Origin: Carcharhinus longimanus
Lineage: Eukaryota
NCBI GenBank assembly: GCA_030264375.1
Contig: JASCQW010000156.1
Location: 18,493,674 to 18,557,673 of the forward strand
Length of the DNA stretch: 64,000 nt
Reading direction: 5' to 3'
The first letter of the stretch is position 1. Every line of letters starts with the position of its first letter. The position numbers and the translations under genes were made by a program. The notes under the pieces are model-generated. The model did no database searches. It saw only the letters and a list, made by a program, of their open reading frames with translations, and was not told the DNA's origin. Of the stretch, positions 35,506-48,790 are shown one piece after another.

Positions 35506-36214
35506 CATAGTGAAGGAAAGGATACGGTCGCCACAGCCCCTTCCCATGGTATTTCACAGAAAGAGGACGCTGGCCTGAAAGGAACTGGAACCTTCCTAGG
35601 AGCAGGTCTGTGCTGTTCTATACAAAATGTTGATGAACAAAAGTGAAGCTCTCCCTGAGGAAAACAGTTTCACCAGAGCCAACTAGGCCATTGGAGGGAG
35701 CCGAACACAGGCATCACTGGAATTTTGGATTGTCATGATTGTTGTGACCTGAGGGAGAGGACTATTTGATGAGGTGCACTATGGTGATAATCCTATCTGG
35801 GAAAAGTCAGGTGATCATCAAAGATCACTGACATATTTGATCTTGTGTGAGAGGGAATGGTGAGCATCTGCTGGAGAGCTGGGAATGACTTTGCCACAGT
35901 TCCTTGTATGCTACGTATCTTCCAGAGGTGTAACATTAAGTCAGTGTATCTTGTAAGATATTTCGATCATTTCTTAATGCAAGCCCTACATTTTTATTTG
36001 GATACGTGTGTTAGTTGCCTGTGTATGATGGCTTACAAAAAGGATGAATTGTGTAAAAAGCAGTTGTGGCGTGAGCAGGCACGCAAGTAGCAGCACAGCT
36101 AGACTGTGGGTCATCAAGATTGGGGAAGACAGTGGGTCAAAGAACATAAGCAAGTCATAAGCAGATTGAAACTTGCCTGAATTTGGCTGATCTAATCAGT
36201 ATTTGGACAAATCT

Positions 36215-36730
36215 AATCAATTTTGGGCCCCATATCTAAAGAAGGATATACTGGCTTTGGAGAGGATCTGGAGAAGGTTCATGAGAATGATCCCAGGAAT
36301 AAAAGGCTCAACATATGAGGAATGTTTGGGGGCTCTGAGTCTGCACTCGATTGAGTGTAGAAGGATGAGGAGAGATCTCATTGAAACTTACAGAATACTA
36401 AAAGGCCTGGATGCGGAGAAGATGTAGGAGAGACCAGGATCTGATGGCACAGCCTCAGAGTAAAGGGACAACCCTTAGAACCGAGATGAGAAGGCACTTC
36501 TTCAGCTATAAGGTAATCTATGAAATTCGTTGCCACAGAAGGCTGGGGAGGCCAGGTTGTTGAGTGTGTTGAAAGCAAAGACAGATAGCTATTTGAGTGG
36601 TATGGGGATCAAAGGTTATGGGGAAAAGGTGGGAGAATGGGATTGAGAAACTTATCAGACATGATTGAATGACAAAGCAGACTTGATGGGCCAAATGGCC
36701 TAATTCTCCTCTTATATCTTACGGACTTCT
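36215..36730 (+). mobile_element. CR1 LINE 3' fragment
   Basis: QFWAPYLKKDILALERIWRRFMRMIPG...RRDLIETYRILKGLD, then the 3' UTR ATGGGCCAAATGGCCT. Confidence 0.9.
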
Positions 36731-37059
36731 GGGACAAAGACAAAGGAAGGCGCTGAGTCAGCAGGGCTGCGAAGAACAATGGAAAGATTGAGAACTTTGG
36801 GCCGAATATGGTGAGAGACAGCAGACAGACTGACTATACCGTTTTTGGAATGAAGCCAAGAATTTAAAAGCCGGAGCTGGAAAGATCTGTCCTGCAGTCA
36901 GAAGGGACTGTCCTGGTCAGTCACTACAAGATGTGTGAGGAAAGATCGCAGTGAAGCTCCGGTACAGGGATAATAAACAAGTGTTACTGTAACTTGAAAA
37001 TAGAGTTTAGTAAAGGTCACATGTAAATGGAAACAATACCCTCTGTGCTGTCATCATGT

Positions 37060-37212
37060 TAAGTAAGAAGTCTCACAACACCAGATTAAAGTCCAACAGG
37101 TTTATTTGATAGCACAAGCTTGTGCTGCCAAATAAACCCATTGGACTTTAACCTGGTGTTGTGAGACTTTTTACTGTGCCCGTCCCATTCCAACGCTGGC
37201 ATCTCCACATCA
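37060..37212. mobile_element. Short Penelope-derived palindrome
   Basis: AGTAAGAAGTCTCACAACACCAG...GCACAAG|CTTGTGC...CTGGTGTTGTGAGACTTTTTACT, with the axis at 37118/37119. Confidence 0.8.
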
Positions 37213-37983
37213 TCATCTTAAGAGCAGGGGTCCAACCCAAGTCATTGCCCAACAGAATGCTAGCCCAAATAGTGATCCTGAAACAGGGTAATAATGGAAG
37301 AGAGTATGGACACATTAGTGTCAAAATACTTGTTGAGGAAATTACCTCTCAAATACAGGTGGGTAAAAGTCATCCTCAAAATGGATGATGAAGGTGGACA
37401 ATGGTTTATGGAGTTCACATCTAAGAAGTCCTTAGGCAAGGCTAATGGTATATCAACAACAGTGCAAAAAGTTAAAGTTAAGACTGGAATGGGAAAGATG
37501 GTGCGAGGGATTATGAAACAGATTGATGGAACAATTAAAGGAAGAGCAAGGTGCGAGGAAACGAGATAGTGAACAGTGCGGAAAGGAATGGGAAAAATGA
37601 ACAGAGACCCAATATTTGGAGAGTAATTGCATTATTGACCAGAATGAATGTGATGCCTGGCCTGTAAAAAATATGGAAGAAAGGGTTGATGAAGCAGAGG
37701 GGAAGTCAAAGTCCAGAAAGTTGCTTATCGGGTAGTTCAGCAACAACTGAAGGAAGATATGGCTGGACGTGTTGATCACCCAGAGTGTAAGAGGCAGATA
37801 GAGAGTTTTGAAAGGCAATTGCATGTTCAAGGGGAATGGCATGTAATATAGGGTGAGTGCAGCAGACTCTGGACGAGGAAGAAGAAGAAGATAGTGATGA
37901 AGGGGGAAAGAAATGTCTGCTGCCTCTGGCGCCAATAAGATAAAGGATATACATGTCCCCTGTGGTGGGGGAGGGGGAAGAAT

Positions 37984-38295
37984 GGGCGGCACGGTGGCAC
38001 AGTGGTTAGTACTGCTGCCTCACAGCGCCAAGGATCTAGATTCAATTCCAGTTTCATGTGACTGTCTATGTGGAGTTTCCATATTCTCCCCGTGTTTGCA
38101 TGGGTTTCCTCTGGGTGCTCCAGTTTCTTCCCACATTCCAAAGATATGCGGATTAGTTTGGTTGGCTATGCTAAATTGCCACTTAATGTCAGGGAGATTA
38201 GCAGGCTAAATACTTAGGGTTACGTGGATAGGGCCTGAGTGGGATTGTTGTTGGTGCAGGTACAATGAGCCAAATGGCCTCCTTTTGCACTAGGA
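37984..38295 (+). mobile_element. HE1-type SINE, full length
   Basis: GGGCGGCACGGTGGCACAGTGGTTAGTACTGCTGCCTCACAGCGCC ... core ... CCAAATGGCCTCCTTTTGCACT. Confidence 0.9.
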
Positions 38296-38399
38296 ATTGA
38301 CTACTATGCTTCACATTAAGGGTTAATATCTATGTGGCCATCCCCACAGAAACCAAACTGGGTGAAGGATCCTATGTAGCCCTGAAAGCTCTGTTACTG

Positions 38400-38958
38400 C
38401 AGCAATCCAGTCAATATAAAGCAGGGGGTGCTGTCCTGATCAGTATAACACAGAGGGGCAGTCCTGGACAATAGGTAGGAGATGGAGTCCAGGTCAATAC
38501 AAAACCGGGGGCCGGGGTGGGGGGGGGGGGTGGGTGGCGCATCCTGGTCAATATTAAATAGGGGGTGGAGTCCAAGTCAAGATAAAGCAGGGGGTGCGGT
38601 CCTGGTCAATATTAAGCAGTGGGTGCAGTATGGGACAATACAAAGAAAGGGTTGCAGTCTGGGTCAATAAAAAGCAGGGGGTGTAGTCCTGGTCAATATT
38701 AAGCAGAGGTTGCAGGATGGGTCAATATAAAGTAGGGGATGCAGTCCGGGTCAATATAAAGCAAGTGGTGCAGTCTGGGCCAATATAAAGCAGGCGGTGA
38801 AGTCCGGGCCAATATAAAGCAGTGGGTGCAGTCTGGGTCAATATAAAGCAATGGGTGCAGTCCGGGTCAATATAAAGCAGGGGGTGCAATCCTGATCGAT
38901 ATAAACGAAGGGGTGCAGTCCTGGTCAATATAAACCAGGGGGTGCAGTCCGGGTCAAT
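38400..38958. repeat. Minisatellite, about 29-30 bp unit (GGGTGCAGTCCTGGTCAATATAAAGCAGG), at least 17 copies, running into a gap
   Basis: Direct tandem units with no unique spacers. Confidence 0.92.
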
Positions 38959-39058
38959 NNNNNNNNNNNNNNNNNNNNNNNNNNNNNNNNNNNNNNNNNN
39001 NNNNNNNNNNNNNNNNNNNNNNNNNNNNNNNNNNNNNNNNNNNNNNNNNNNNNNNNNN

Positions 39059-39310
39059 AATCACTGAAACAACTATATGATGACATTAACAAGTTCCATC
39101 CCACCATCAGACTCACCATGGACTACTCTCCGGAATCAGTTGCATTCTTGAACACATGCATCTCCATCAAGGATGGTCACCTCAGCACTTCACTGTACCG
39201 CAAGCCCACGGATAACCTCACATGCTCCACTTCTCTAGCTTCCACCCTAAACAAGTTAAAGAAGCCACCCCCTACGGACAAGCCCTCCGTATACACAGGA
39301 TCTGCTCAGA
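39059..39310 (+). mobile_element. Penelope-like RT fragment
   Basis: SLKQLYDDINKFHPTIRLTMDYSPESVAFLNTCISIKDGHLSTSLYRKPTD...SSFHP...YGQALRIHRICS. Confidence 0.88.
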
Positions 39311-39460
39311 GTGAAAGAGGGTGAAAGACGGTGGAGGAGGGTGAAAGAGGGTGGGGGAGGGTGAAAGAGGGTGGGGGAGGGTGAAAGGGAGTGAAAGAGG
39401 GTAAAAGTGTGAAAGGGTTGGGGAGGGTGAAAGGGGGCAAAAGAGGGTGGGGGAGGGATT
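39310..39460. repeat. G-rich tandem repeat (GGGTGAAAGA / GGGTGGGGA units)
   Basis: Visible direct repeats with multiple GGG runs. Confidence 0.8.
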
Positions 39461-40114
39461 CTATGATTCTAGAAACAAGGGGTGGAATTTTCATTTCCAG
39501 CTCTAAGTCCTATGGCGGAGGTGGGGACGAGGGCTCAAAATGGCAGAAGTTGTCAAGACATCCACTGTTGTAAATTATGCAGAATTGCAAGATCCCAAAA
39601 GCTCAAATAAGAAACACTGGCCGGAACGCTACCAACCCGCCCACCATGGAATTGGATCGTGCGAGGGTTTGATAAAAGAAATCTCTGATAACCTTGGGCA
39701 GGAATTTCTAGTCTTTCTCAAGCAAGGTCATAAAACCCCGCCCACTATCCTGATTGAGACATCAGTTTTTGATGTTCTTCTCACTTTGCAGAGCAGGTTT
39801 GTCCACTCTTGTTAAAGGTGTTGGAAAGCCCTCGTTGGTCAGGGCAGTCAACCAACCAGATGGTTAACACCACATTTCCGGTGGAGGACAGACAGAAGAG
39901 CAACCAACAACCAGAAGTGCCTCAAACCCCAATCCCAATTGATGAGGTTAACACTACGACCACAGAGCAAACGTTGCAACAGCCAGCCAACATGACTGTT
40001 AATAAATACATACAGTTAACTCTACTATGACTGCAAGCACTTTCTGAAGACCATCAGAAGTATCCAACAGTCCAGAAAAACATAAAACTCAGAAATGTAG
40101 TAAAACAGTGATGA

Positions 40115-40410
40115 AGATAGCAACAGCTACCAGGAGGATATAGAGATACATGGCAGATGAAATTTACCACAGTGAAGTACGAGTGAATCTTTTGGTTGGA
40201 AGGAAAAGTGAGGCAATGCTGTCAAATGATACAGTTTTAAAGCGGATAGAGGAATAGATTGTTAAAGATGGGAGGACAAACTGAGAAGGTTGTTAAAGCA
40301 TATGGGATCCTTGGCTTTACAAGTATATAACTAAAATGCAAAAGCAAGGAAGTTACGCAAAATCATTTTAAAACACTGGGGTCCCAGCTGGGATATTGTG
40401 TCCATGGTGG
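40115..40410 (+). mobile_element. Old CR1 RT fragment
   Basis: TGGCAGATGAAATTT (WQMKF) ... GCATATGGGATCCTTGGCTTT (AYGILGF) ... CCCAGCTGGGATATTGTGTCCA. Confidence 0.65.
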
Positions 40411-40659
40411 CACGGTCAGCCTGAAAAGGTGATAAAGAGGCATACTGACCCGAAACGAAAGCTTTATTCTCTCTCTACAGGAGCTGTCAGACCTATTGAA
40501 ATTTTCCAGCATTTTCTGTTTTCACTTCAGATCCTTACTTTTTATTTTCCATTACCCGTGCTATAATTGATAACATTCTATTTGCCTTTCTATCACTTAC
40601 TGCACATGCATACTAGTTCTTCCATTCAACAAGTCTGACAGTATCTGTAGGGAGAGAAT

Positions 40660-40970
40660 AGTTAAAGTTAAAAGTTCATTTATTAGTCACAAGTAGGCTT
40701 ACATTAACACTGCAATGAAATTACTATGAAAATCCCCTAGTTGCCATACTCTGGCATGTTTGGGTACACTGAGGGAGAATTTAGCATGGTCAATTCACCT
40801 AACCTGCACACCTTTGGATTGTAGGAGGAAACCGGAGCACTCGGAGGAAACCCACGCTGTCACAGGGAGAACGTGCAAACTCCACACAGACAGTGACCCA
40901 AGCCAGGAATCGCACTTGGCTCCCTGGTGCTGTGAGGCAGCAGTGCTATCCACCATGCCATCGTGCTGCC
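40660..40970 (-). mobile_element. HE1-like SINE with the alternative tail
   Basis: Same structure as 14993-15287. Confidence 0.8.
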
Positions 40971-41269
40971 CTACCATCATTATGAGTCTGTATGACCCTT
41001 CATCATCTTTTCAGACTTACTGTGCCACCATGATGCTCTGCCACCGTGGACACAATACTCCAGCTGGGACCCCAGTGTTTTAAAATGATTTAGTGTAACT
41101 TCCTTGCTGTTGGCATTTGGACCCTGCATGTACAGGCTAAACCTGTGGCTAGGGCTAGTGATGGCCATGTGTCTTTGCCAGAGGAAAGGTGTGGGAACTA
41201 TGGGCAGTGCAGAAAGATATTTTAGGTGCTTATGAACTGGCATTGGAGGCTTCCAGACAAAATTTTTGA

Positions 41270-43680
41270 GCTGTAAGAAAACAGTCTGAACATACTTATA
41301 CTGAATTTGAAAGGGTTAAACAAAATAGTTTTGATAGGTAGGTGCGAGTGTTAAAAATAAAAGAAATCTATGATGTCCTAACAGAGAGAATTCTGTTGGA
41401 GGAATTTAAAGATTTGTTGCCCACAATGATCAGAACTCATGTTGAGGAACAGAACATTAGAATTGCCAGACAGGCCACGGAGCTTGCGGGCGATTATGAG
41501 CTGGTTCAGAAACCAAAGTCTTTCTTTAGACTCACTTTTAAATTGGAGACAGCGAGAAATTGGGAAGATGCGAGGGAGGACGGGCCAGCAAAAGAGGTTT
41601 CACCAACAAAATAAAACAGCATCTGTTGGAGGGGTGAGAGATATGCAAAAGGTTTGATGTTTTCAATGCAATAAACTGGGCCACACAAAATCACCATGTG
41701 GCGATTAAATCGGCAACCATTTGGGGTTATCAATTTTAAACAGGGAAAATGAATTTAGACACTGGAGAGCACGAGAAAGAGCAAACACTATGAATGAAAT
41801 TGTTTGTACAGCTTGCACAGAGGCATAGTGACCAGCAGGTGNNNNNNNNNNNNNNNNNNNNNNNNNNNNNNNNNNNNNNNNNNNNNNNNNNNNNNNNNNN
41901 NNNNNNNNNNNNNNNNNNNNNNNNNNNNNNNNNNNNNNNNNNNNNNNNNNNNNNNNNNNNNNNNNNNNNNNNNNNNNNNNNNNNNNNNNNNNNNNNNNNN
42001 NNNNNNNNNNNNNNNNNNNNNNNNNNNNNNNNNNNNNNNNNNNNNNNNNNNNNCTCCATGCTTAAAGGATGCCTTGATCATAACAGGAATAAACCTCACT
42101 CCCACCCCAGCCCACCACAGCGATCCCAGGGGCTCTCTCCCCTTGCTTCGGCCCAGTCATCGGCCCCTTCCCCTGATCATAGGCCCCTTTGCCCAATCAT
42201 CAGCCCTTTTCCCCTCCTCCATTACACACCTCTTTCCCCCAATCATCTGCCCCTTTCTCCCAAACATTAGCCTCTTCCCCCAAATCATTGGCCATTTCAC
42301 TTCTGATCACGGCCCCTTCCCATTGATATCATCCTCCTTCCAGCTGCCATTGCAGCATACCCTGCTCCTCCGGCCACTAAGCCCACAAGCAAATCCGAAT
42401 TAATTACCACCACACCACCCCCCACCCCCTTCTGAACCCACCCACAAGAAGCTTTCACTCGGTCTGCCCTTTGACACAGGTTGACACTGTCAGTTTGAAA
42501 TGGTCATGATGCCAACCTGGCAGTGACAGCCTATGCCAAGGGCATTGCTTGGCTATGTCACTCTCCCTGGGGGCTATACTCACCTGTACCCCCCTCCACC
42601 CTCATGATAGGTTCTTGTCTAGACGAACCTGTTGTAAATGACCCCGGTGTGATGTCATGCCATCACCCCACTGGTGAGGGGGAATGGAGGGTGGGAGGGA
42701 AGTCCTGGAGAGAGTGCTCGCGAATGACATGCTAATGTATTAAAATTCACTTTCTGGGATCCCATGAGGTATTTCTCCACTCCAAAGGGCCTGGAAGATT
42801 GGAACTCAGAAACACATCTGTGTGAATTGATTTAAAGTATGCATTGTCCTTCCTGCAGATGGAGAGTGCAGGCTCAAAATCACCCTTCTGTATGCACTGG
42901 TAAAGTATTCCATGTGGACAGGACTGAATGTGAAAGGATATCAAAATCTTATGAGATACAGGCGCAAGATATTGAAGCAAAAGGCTCTGGTCAGCAGCAT
43001 TCACGGTTAAACGAGAGAAATCTCTTCAGTAGAATTAAGTTTAAAGAGTAGCTTGAAGACAGGGGAACAAAGAACAAAGAACAACCCAGCACGGGAAACA
43101 GGCCCTTCGGCCCAACAAGCCCGCGCCGCCACATCACCNNNNNNNNNNNNNNNNNNNNNNNNNNNNNNNNNNNNNNNNNNNNNNNNNNNNNNNNNNNNNN
43201 NNNNNNNNNNNNNNNNNNNNNNNNNNNNNNNNNNNNNNCCCCTGTAATCCACGGCTCTCTGATCCTACCTTTCCCATCCTTCCGCTTAATCGGAACATAC
43301 CTCCCTTGCAACCATCTTTGATAGGTGTGGTAGAAACCTTGCCCATCGCAGGCATTCAATTCATTCTCGGGAATGATGTGGCAGGATCACAAATGAAAGT
43401 GATGCCTACTGTAACCAAACTGTCAATACTGAATCCAGCTACAGAGAATTTACAAACAGACCATCGTGGGGTATTTCCAGATTGCATAGTGACACGATCC
43501 CAGGCTCATAAGCCGAGACAAAAGAAGGAAGAATTGGGAGCCCAGCATGAAGGCAGTGAAATCAGGTTATCTGATACCATTTTTAGCAAGCTAAATGAAA
43601 CTGATACAGACACAGGGGAGGAGACTGATGTGTTCAATTCAAAGATTTTGATGGAATGGCAGCAGATAGATAATTTGGAT
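41270..43680 (+). mobile_element. Gypsy-type gag/protease remnant, interrupted by gaps and other repeats
   Basis: ILLEEFKDLLP..IRTHVEEQ..ARQATELAGDYEL; zinc knuckle CFQCNKLGHTKSPC at about 41657; GVVETLPIAGIQFILGNDVAG...VFPDCIVTRSQ at 43320-43505. Confidence 0.75.
43065..43305 (-). mobile_element. CR1 LINE spanning a gap
   Basis: Tail nearly identical to 3422-3495. Beyond the gap, QGRYVPIKRK...REPWIT is a CR1 ORF2 linker motif. Confidence 0.75.
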
Positions 43681-46599
43681 GTTCTTTGGGAACAGGAAAG
43701 TCTAAAGCAGTTCAGCAATCACAGATACACTTGGAACAAGGGGTAATTTCTCCATCAATTGCACATGTGATCAGTAATTCATACATTTAATTGTCTTAGT
43801 ATTATAGTCCTATTCATGTGTATTTGTCTTTTCTTTAATAAATAGTCTTTAGTAATTGTTACACAATGATTGAACTGCTTATTCTCACTGGGGGTTTCAC
43901 ATGACTCCTCACATCATTCCAATACACCACCACAAACCAGTGTTTCAAGTTGAGATGCCCTCACAGTTAACATCAGTGTGGTTCATGACAGGAGGTGTTT
44001 ATAAAGTCCACATGCAACTTTAAAAACTTTCAATGAATATATGATAGAAGAAAACTGAATGACATATGGAAATCTACCATTTTAACACAATATAGTTTCA
44101 ATGTTTCACTAGCCCCAAACCACAACATGCGTGTAAAAATGCATGTTGCCATAGCAACTTAAGACTCTCTGAGTGAAATAAAACACACCATCACCTCAGG
44201 TGGTGAATGGCCTCTTCCAGTTCCTAAACGTGTTGATTTCTGAGCAGTTTAATATTGAGTGAAATGCAGGTCCTCTTACTTTGCAGTAGAAAAATATTTA
44301 ACTAATAAATGGGTTGGTTAAATGAGTTAAAAAATAGTTGACTAATAAATGAAACAAAACAAGGCATGTGTTTTATTTGTTTAAATTCATGAACATTTGC
44401 TCATTTAACAGCATACTGTAGAACTGTATCAAGCCAGTATACACAGACTGTATACTCTATAATACACTTGAGATAAGCATGTAATAACAATAATGTGATT
44501 TGATTGGCACGTGAGCAGGCACTAATCTCCAACATTTTTAAAGTGGCACTACACAAACTCTTAATGGGAAAAAAAACTCCCAATTTGCATTGGGATCTCC
44601 CCTTATTTACACAGAGCTATTATGTAGGAACACAAGAAGTCCTTTTTGCAGTGATACTTTTTATGTTCATACACCATAGCCTGTGTCACACTAATAGAAA
44701 TAGCTGCATCAGTTAGACTGCAAAGCAGAGCTAATGCTTTAATGCACAATAGGTAAAGTATCAATAACAGGAAGAGTGACACATGTCAGACACAGATATG
44801 TATATAAAATAATTTCCTGATGTGCCAAAAAATAATTTTGGATGAAGTGAGAGAAAAAGGTCAAGGAGCAAGCAACAGGTTGAATGCTCTCCTAAAGACT
44901 AGGATCACAGGAATATACAGGAGTAGAGCAGATTACTGTATTCTGTCCAATCTGCCCTCAACTGCTTCTTTCTTAAAAAAATTTCCACATAGTTTTGACT
45001 TTTCCATATTTTCATGCCTTAGTGGAAGTAGTTAAATCAAACCTGTCTGTTCTCTTCCTCTCTGCAGGGCACATGTACATTATAGTTTTAATCATTATAC
45101 TTTTTTAGTGCATGAAACTTTGACATTGATAATGAACAGGGAGGCGAGGATTGTGATCAGGAGTGTTGCAGGCAGGCTGGCAAATAGGATGTCAGGGGAA
45201 ACTGCATTTCGGGATTGGGCCACAAAGATTGCTAAAAGAGTTAGTTACCTTGGAGATATTGTGAGATAGTCACAGCAGAGGTGCAGCTCCTGCCTTGGAT
45301 CAGCTACTACAAATCCCACAGGTCAGATCTCCCCTATTAAAATTTGGGGCTGATTATGTCATCAGGCCATCACTTAGGTACATTAATTACTTGACATTTA
45401 TGATCCATGGTCCAATATCTACAATGTAACATTTAAAGGGGAGGGGATGGTTGGTTGCCCAATCCTGATATTTTAACACTCCCACCCCCCCACAACTGGG
45501 AGTGGGTGGGGAGTTGAAAAATTCAGGCCGTAGTATCTTGTACTAGAAGATTTTGTGAGCGATTTTATCAATGTTCCTCCTCTCCCGGGCCAGGTTTGAG
45601 CAGTTTATCTATATATCTTTAATGGACACATGAAATGTATATTTGAAAATAGTTCATTTTCCAATTTACTCCTATGTTTTGCAAAGTGGGGATATAATTA
45701 TCTCTCAACGTTTTCAGTGAATTTTCATTGTTGATAAGGAAAACTCTGATTGTCATCGGCTATGCACAAATCTGAACCCCAGTCTCAGACCTGTCTGCAA
45801 TTCTAACTCCTGTCCTTTTCCTTCACCTGCATTGTCTTCCTGCAATCTGTAACAGTACCCCTCTTCAGCCCAGCCTCAGTTTGTTTATAGCTGAAAAGCA
45901 TGCCTTTGTTACCTCCACACCTATTTCAATTAATTCCCAGCCAACCACCCTCCATGCTCCATTGGTCAAATTGAGATCATCCATAAGTTTGCTACCCACA
46001 CCCTATTTCACATTGTATTCGAGCAGCATCTTAATTTTGAAACTCTCATCCTGGTTTTCAAATTCCTTCGTAGCTTGCCACTCCATGGCATGCCCTCCCT
46101 GGAATTGGGGCAGTTGAGGCTCGCAGAACAGCATTCTCTGTTAGCCTCAGGCGGGATCTTAAGAGCCTTGGATGGACAAGGCGGTAAAATTCCGGTACTT
46201 ATGTCTATAACTACCTCCAAATCTACAACCCTCTGATGTACCTACACTCCAATTCTGGCTTTTGCACATCCCTGATTTTAATTGCTCTACCATTGATGAC
46301 CTTCCTTTCAGTTACCTAGGCCCTAAGCTATGCAATTTGCTCCTTCAGTCTCCCTCTCCTTTAATTAAGGTACATTTTCAAACTAACCTCTTTGATCAAG
46401 CTTTTGGTCACCTATAATATCTCCTTATGTAGACTGGTGGCAAATTTTATTTTATAATGCCTNNNNNNNNNNNNNNNNNNNNNNNNNNNNNNNNNNNNNN
46501 NNNNNNNNNNNNNNNNNNNNNNNNNNNNNNNNNNNNNNNNNNNNNNNNNNNNNNNNNNNNNNATATCAGACCTGATATAAAACACTTTGGATGTTTTAC

Positions 46600-47520
46600 A
46601 ACCGTCACAAAATCCATCGATCTACCCTGGTGCTAATTAGCGATCTGTGGGAGATTATAACATTTAAGGTACAGGATGTTCCAACGCATGTCACATTGGT
46701 TTCTACCCTATAACAAGGGTGCGGCCCTCTGGGAGAATTTTGATAGGTCATCAGATCAGTTCAAATGTCAGTGAATACTTCTTTTTGAGACACTCAGTTT
46801 TATGAGCCTACCAGCCATCAAGTGCCACAGATAGAGGTCCCAGTTGAATTAAAAAGTAAAAGGGCTGTGAGGAGAAGACATTGGGGCAAAGGTACCCATT
46901 TGGAGGAGTAGGAGAGATGTTCAGTTTGGCACATTCTTAGATCTGAAAGTGTGATTGTAAGCTACTGTTGAATGTACTCAGGAAACCATGGAGAAAGAAT
47001 CTTGGAAGGCAAGATTGAAACCTATGAGGTGAGCCATTGTTAAAGTTGACTGAATGGAATTCTGAGGAGAGATCTTCAAATGGAGATTGGAAACCCTCAT
47101 GAGGCAGACTGAGTTTCAGTGAGATTGGTTGACTCAGTGGGACTAAGAACTGGGCGATTTGTTGCAAAATTCATGGAATCTGTTTCTGGTTGCATCAGTT
47201 ATTTATTCTGTACTGTGCTGTGATCTGACTGTGATTCTGTGATCTGCTGTGATTCTGTACTGTGCTGTGATCATTGTTAATTTATATACATCTCGTACAT
47301 TCTCTCAATTTTAGAGCTGAAAAGAAATTTGTAATTTGTTGTTTTTATGAACTTACATAGTAAAGCTTATTTTTCTTTGTTCAAAACCTATGGAATCCTG
47401 AGACTTTATTCCAAAAGTAGGAGTCTTGAATCACAACCTTTAACAACTTTAAGCAAACCATTATTGGTCCTTAATCAGATCTCCCACATGTCCCAGAGTG
47501 TGGCCAAGGATCGTAAGACT
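46600..47520 (+). mobile_element. Probable solo LTR
   Basis: LTR-like organisation (TAAAAGGG box, GT-rich 3' part, GGATCGTAA end) with a 10-bp inverted pair TGTGGGAGAT (46646) / ATCTCCCACA (47479-47488). Boundaries uncertain. Confidence 0.35.
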
Positions 47521-48269
47521 ATGTCGAAAGGTGCTATGTAAATACGTATTGCCGTTGCCTTGATCTCTATCCTGTCCCAACCATTGAGTCAATACAAATC
47601 CTTATACTTGGTCAGTTCCCAACCACTGCCAGAGCTAATCCCAATCCTTGCACTAAGGCAATCCCAGCCTATTCTGCCCCATCTTCTGCATTCAATCAAT
47701 GCCAGTTTCTGGGTTGGGTTATTCCTAAAGCCTACCCTGTTCCTATCCCTTGTAAGCTTCATCCCTATTTAAGGTTAATATATTTTCTGAATCTGTCCAA
47801 CTCTGCATTAACTTGATCCTACCCGGCCAAAGACAAAATTCTGCTCCCTATCATACTTAAATTACATGCTTTACCTGTGCTACTCAATGTAGCCCTGCAT
47901 TCTGCTGATTCTATCATCAGCACGCCTATAATTCTACTTTCACCTGCCCCAGTCCCATACTTTCTTCAAATCCTGCCTTTTGACTGATTTTGGAATTGGT
48001 ATGACAACATTCAACCTCTATAGTTAGTTACACATTTGTAGAGATTTGTAAGTGACTTGAGATTTGTAAGCCTGCTATATAAGAGAATCCTTGTTGGCTC
48101 AGAGTTGGTACTGTTACAAGGAAGATTGTGACAAATGAAACTTTAATGTATTATTTTCAATAGCTACAGTGTACAAAATAGTAACACTCGATCTCTTTAA
48201 AAGATCGGAAACTTGCTGGTGTGTCTGTAGGTCAGAGATTGAAGACAGCTTCACTATGGGACTCGAGGG

Positions 48270-48790
48270 AAGACAGCAGCGTAGCGGTAACATCATTGAA
48301 CTTGTACTCCAGAGGCCCAGGTTAATGCTCTGGGCACATCAGTTCAAATTACACCATGGTGGCTGGTGAAATTTAAATTGAATTAATAAAATCAGGAATG
48401 AGATTCCAGTCTTCATAATAATGAATATTAAACTGTTCTTAAATTGTTGCAAAAATCCATCTGCTGATCTGACCTGTGACTCTAGACCCACAACAATGGG
48501 GTGGATTAATCCATCTAACCTACATTGGGACTCTAAGGGGCAATTTAGTATGGTCAATCCACTTAAGCTGCACATTTTTGGACTGTGGGAGGAAACCCAC
48601 ACAAAAGTAGGGAGAACGTACAGACTCCACACAATCACCCAAGGCCGGAATTGAACCCAGGGCCCTGGTGCTGAGGCAGTAGTGCTAACCACTGTGCCAC
48701 CATCTGAAATGGCCTAGCAAGTTACTCAGTTCAAGGGCAATTAGGGATGGGCAACAAATGCTGTCCTTGCCAGCAATGCCCACATCCTAC
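48270..48790 (+). mobile_element. Second shark SINE family with a nested HE1-type SINE (minus, about 48505-48702)
   Basis: Head GCGTAGCGGTAA..CCAGAGGCCCAGG..GTTCAAAT and tail TTCAAGGGCAATTAGGGATGGGCAACAAATGCTG flank an HE1 core. Confidence 0.7.

Noticed and set aside
37984-38055. tRNA gene
   Set aside because: The A/B boxes belong to a SINE head that continues directly into the HE1 core.
38400-38958. CRISPR-like array
   Set aside because: Units are contiguous with no unique spacers, no cas genes are present, and the context is vertebrate. It is a minisatellite.
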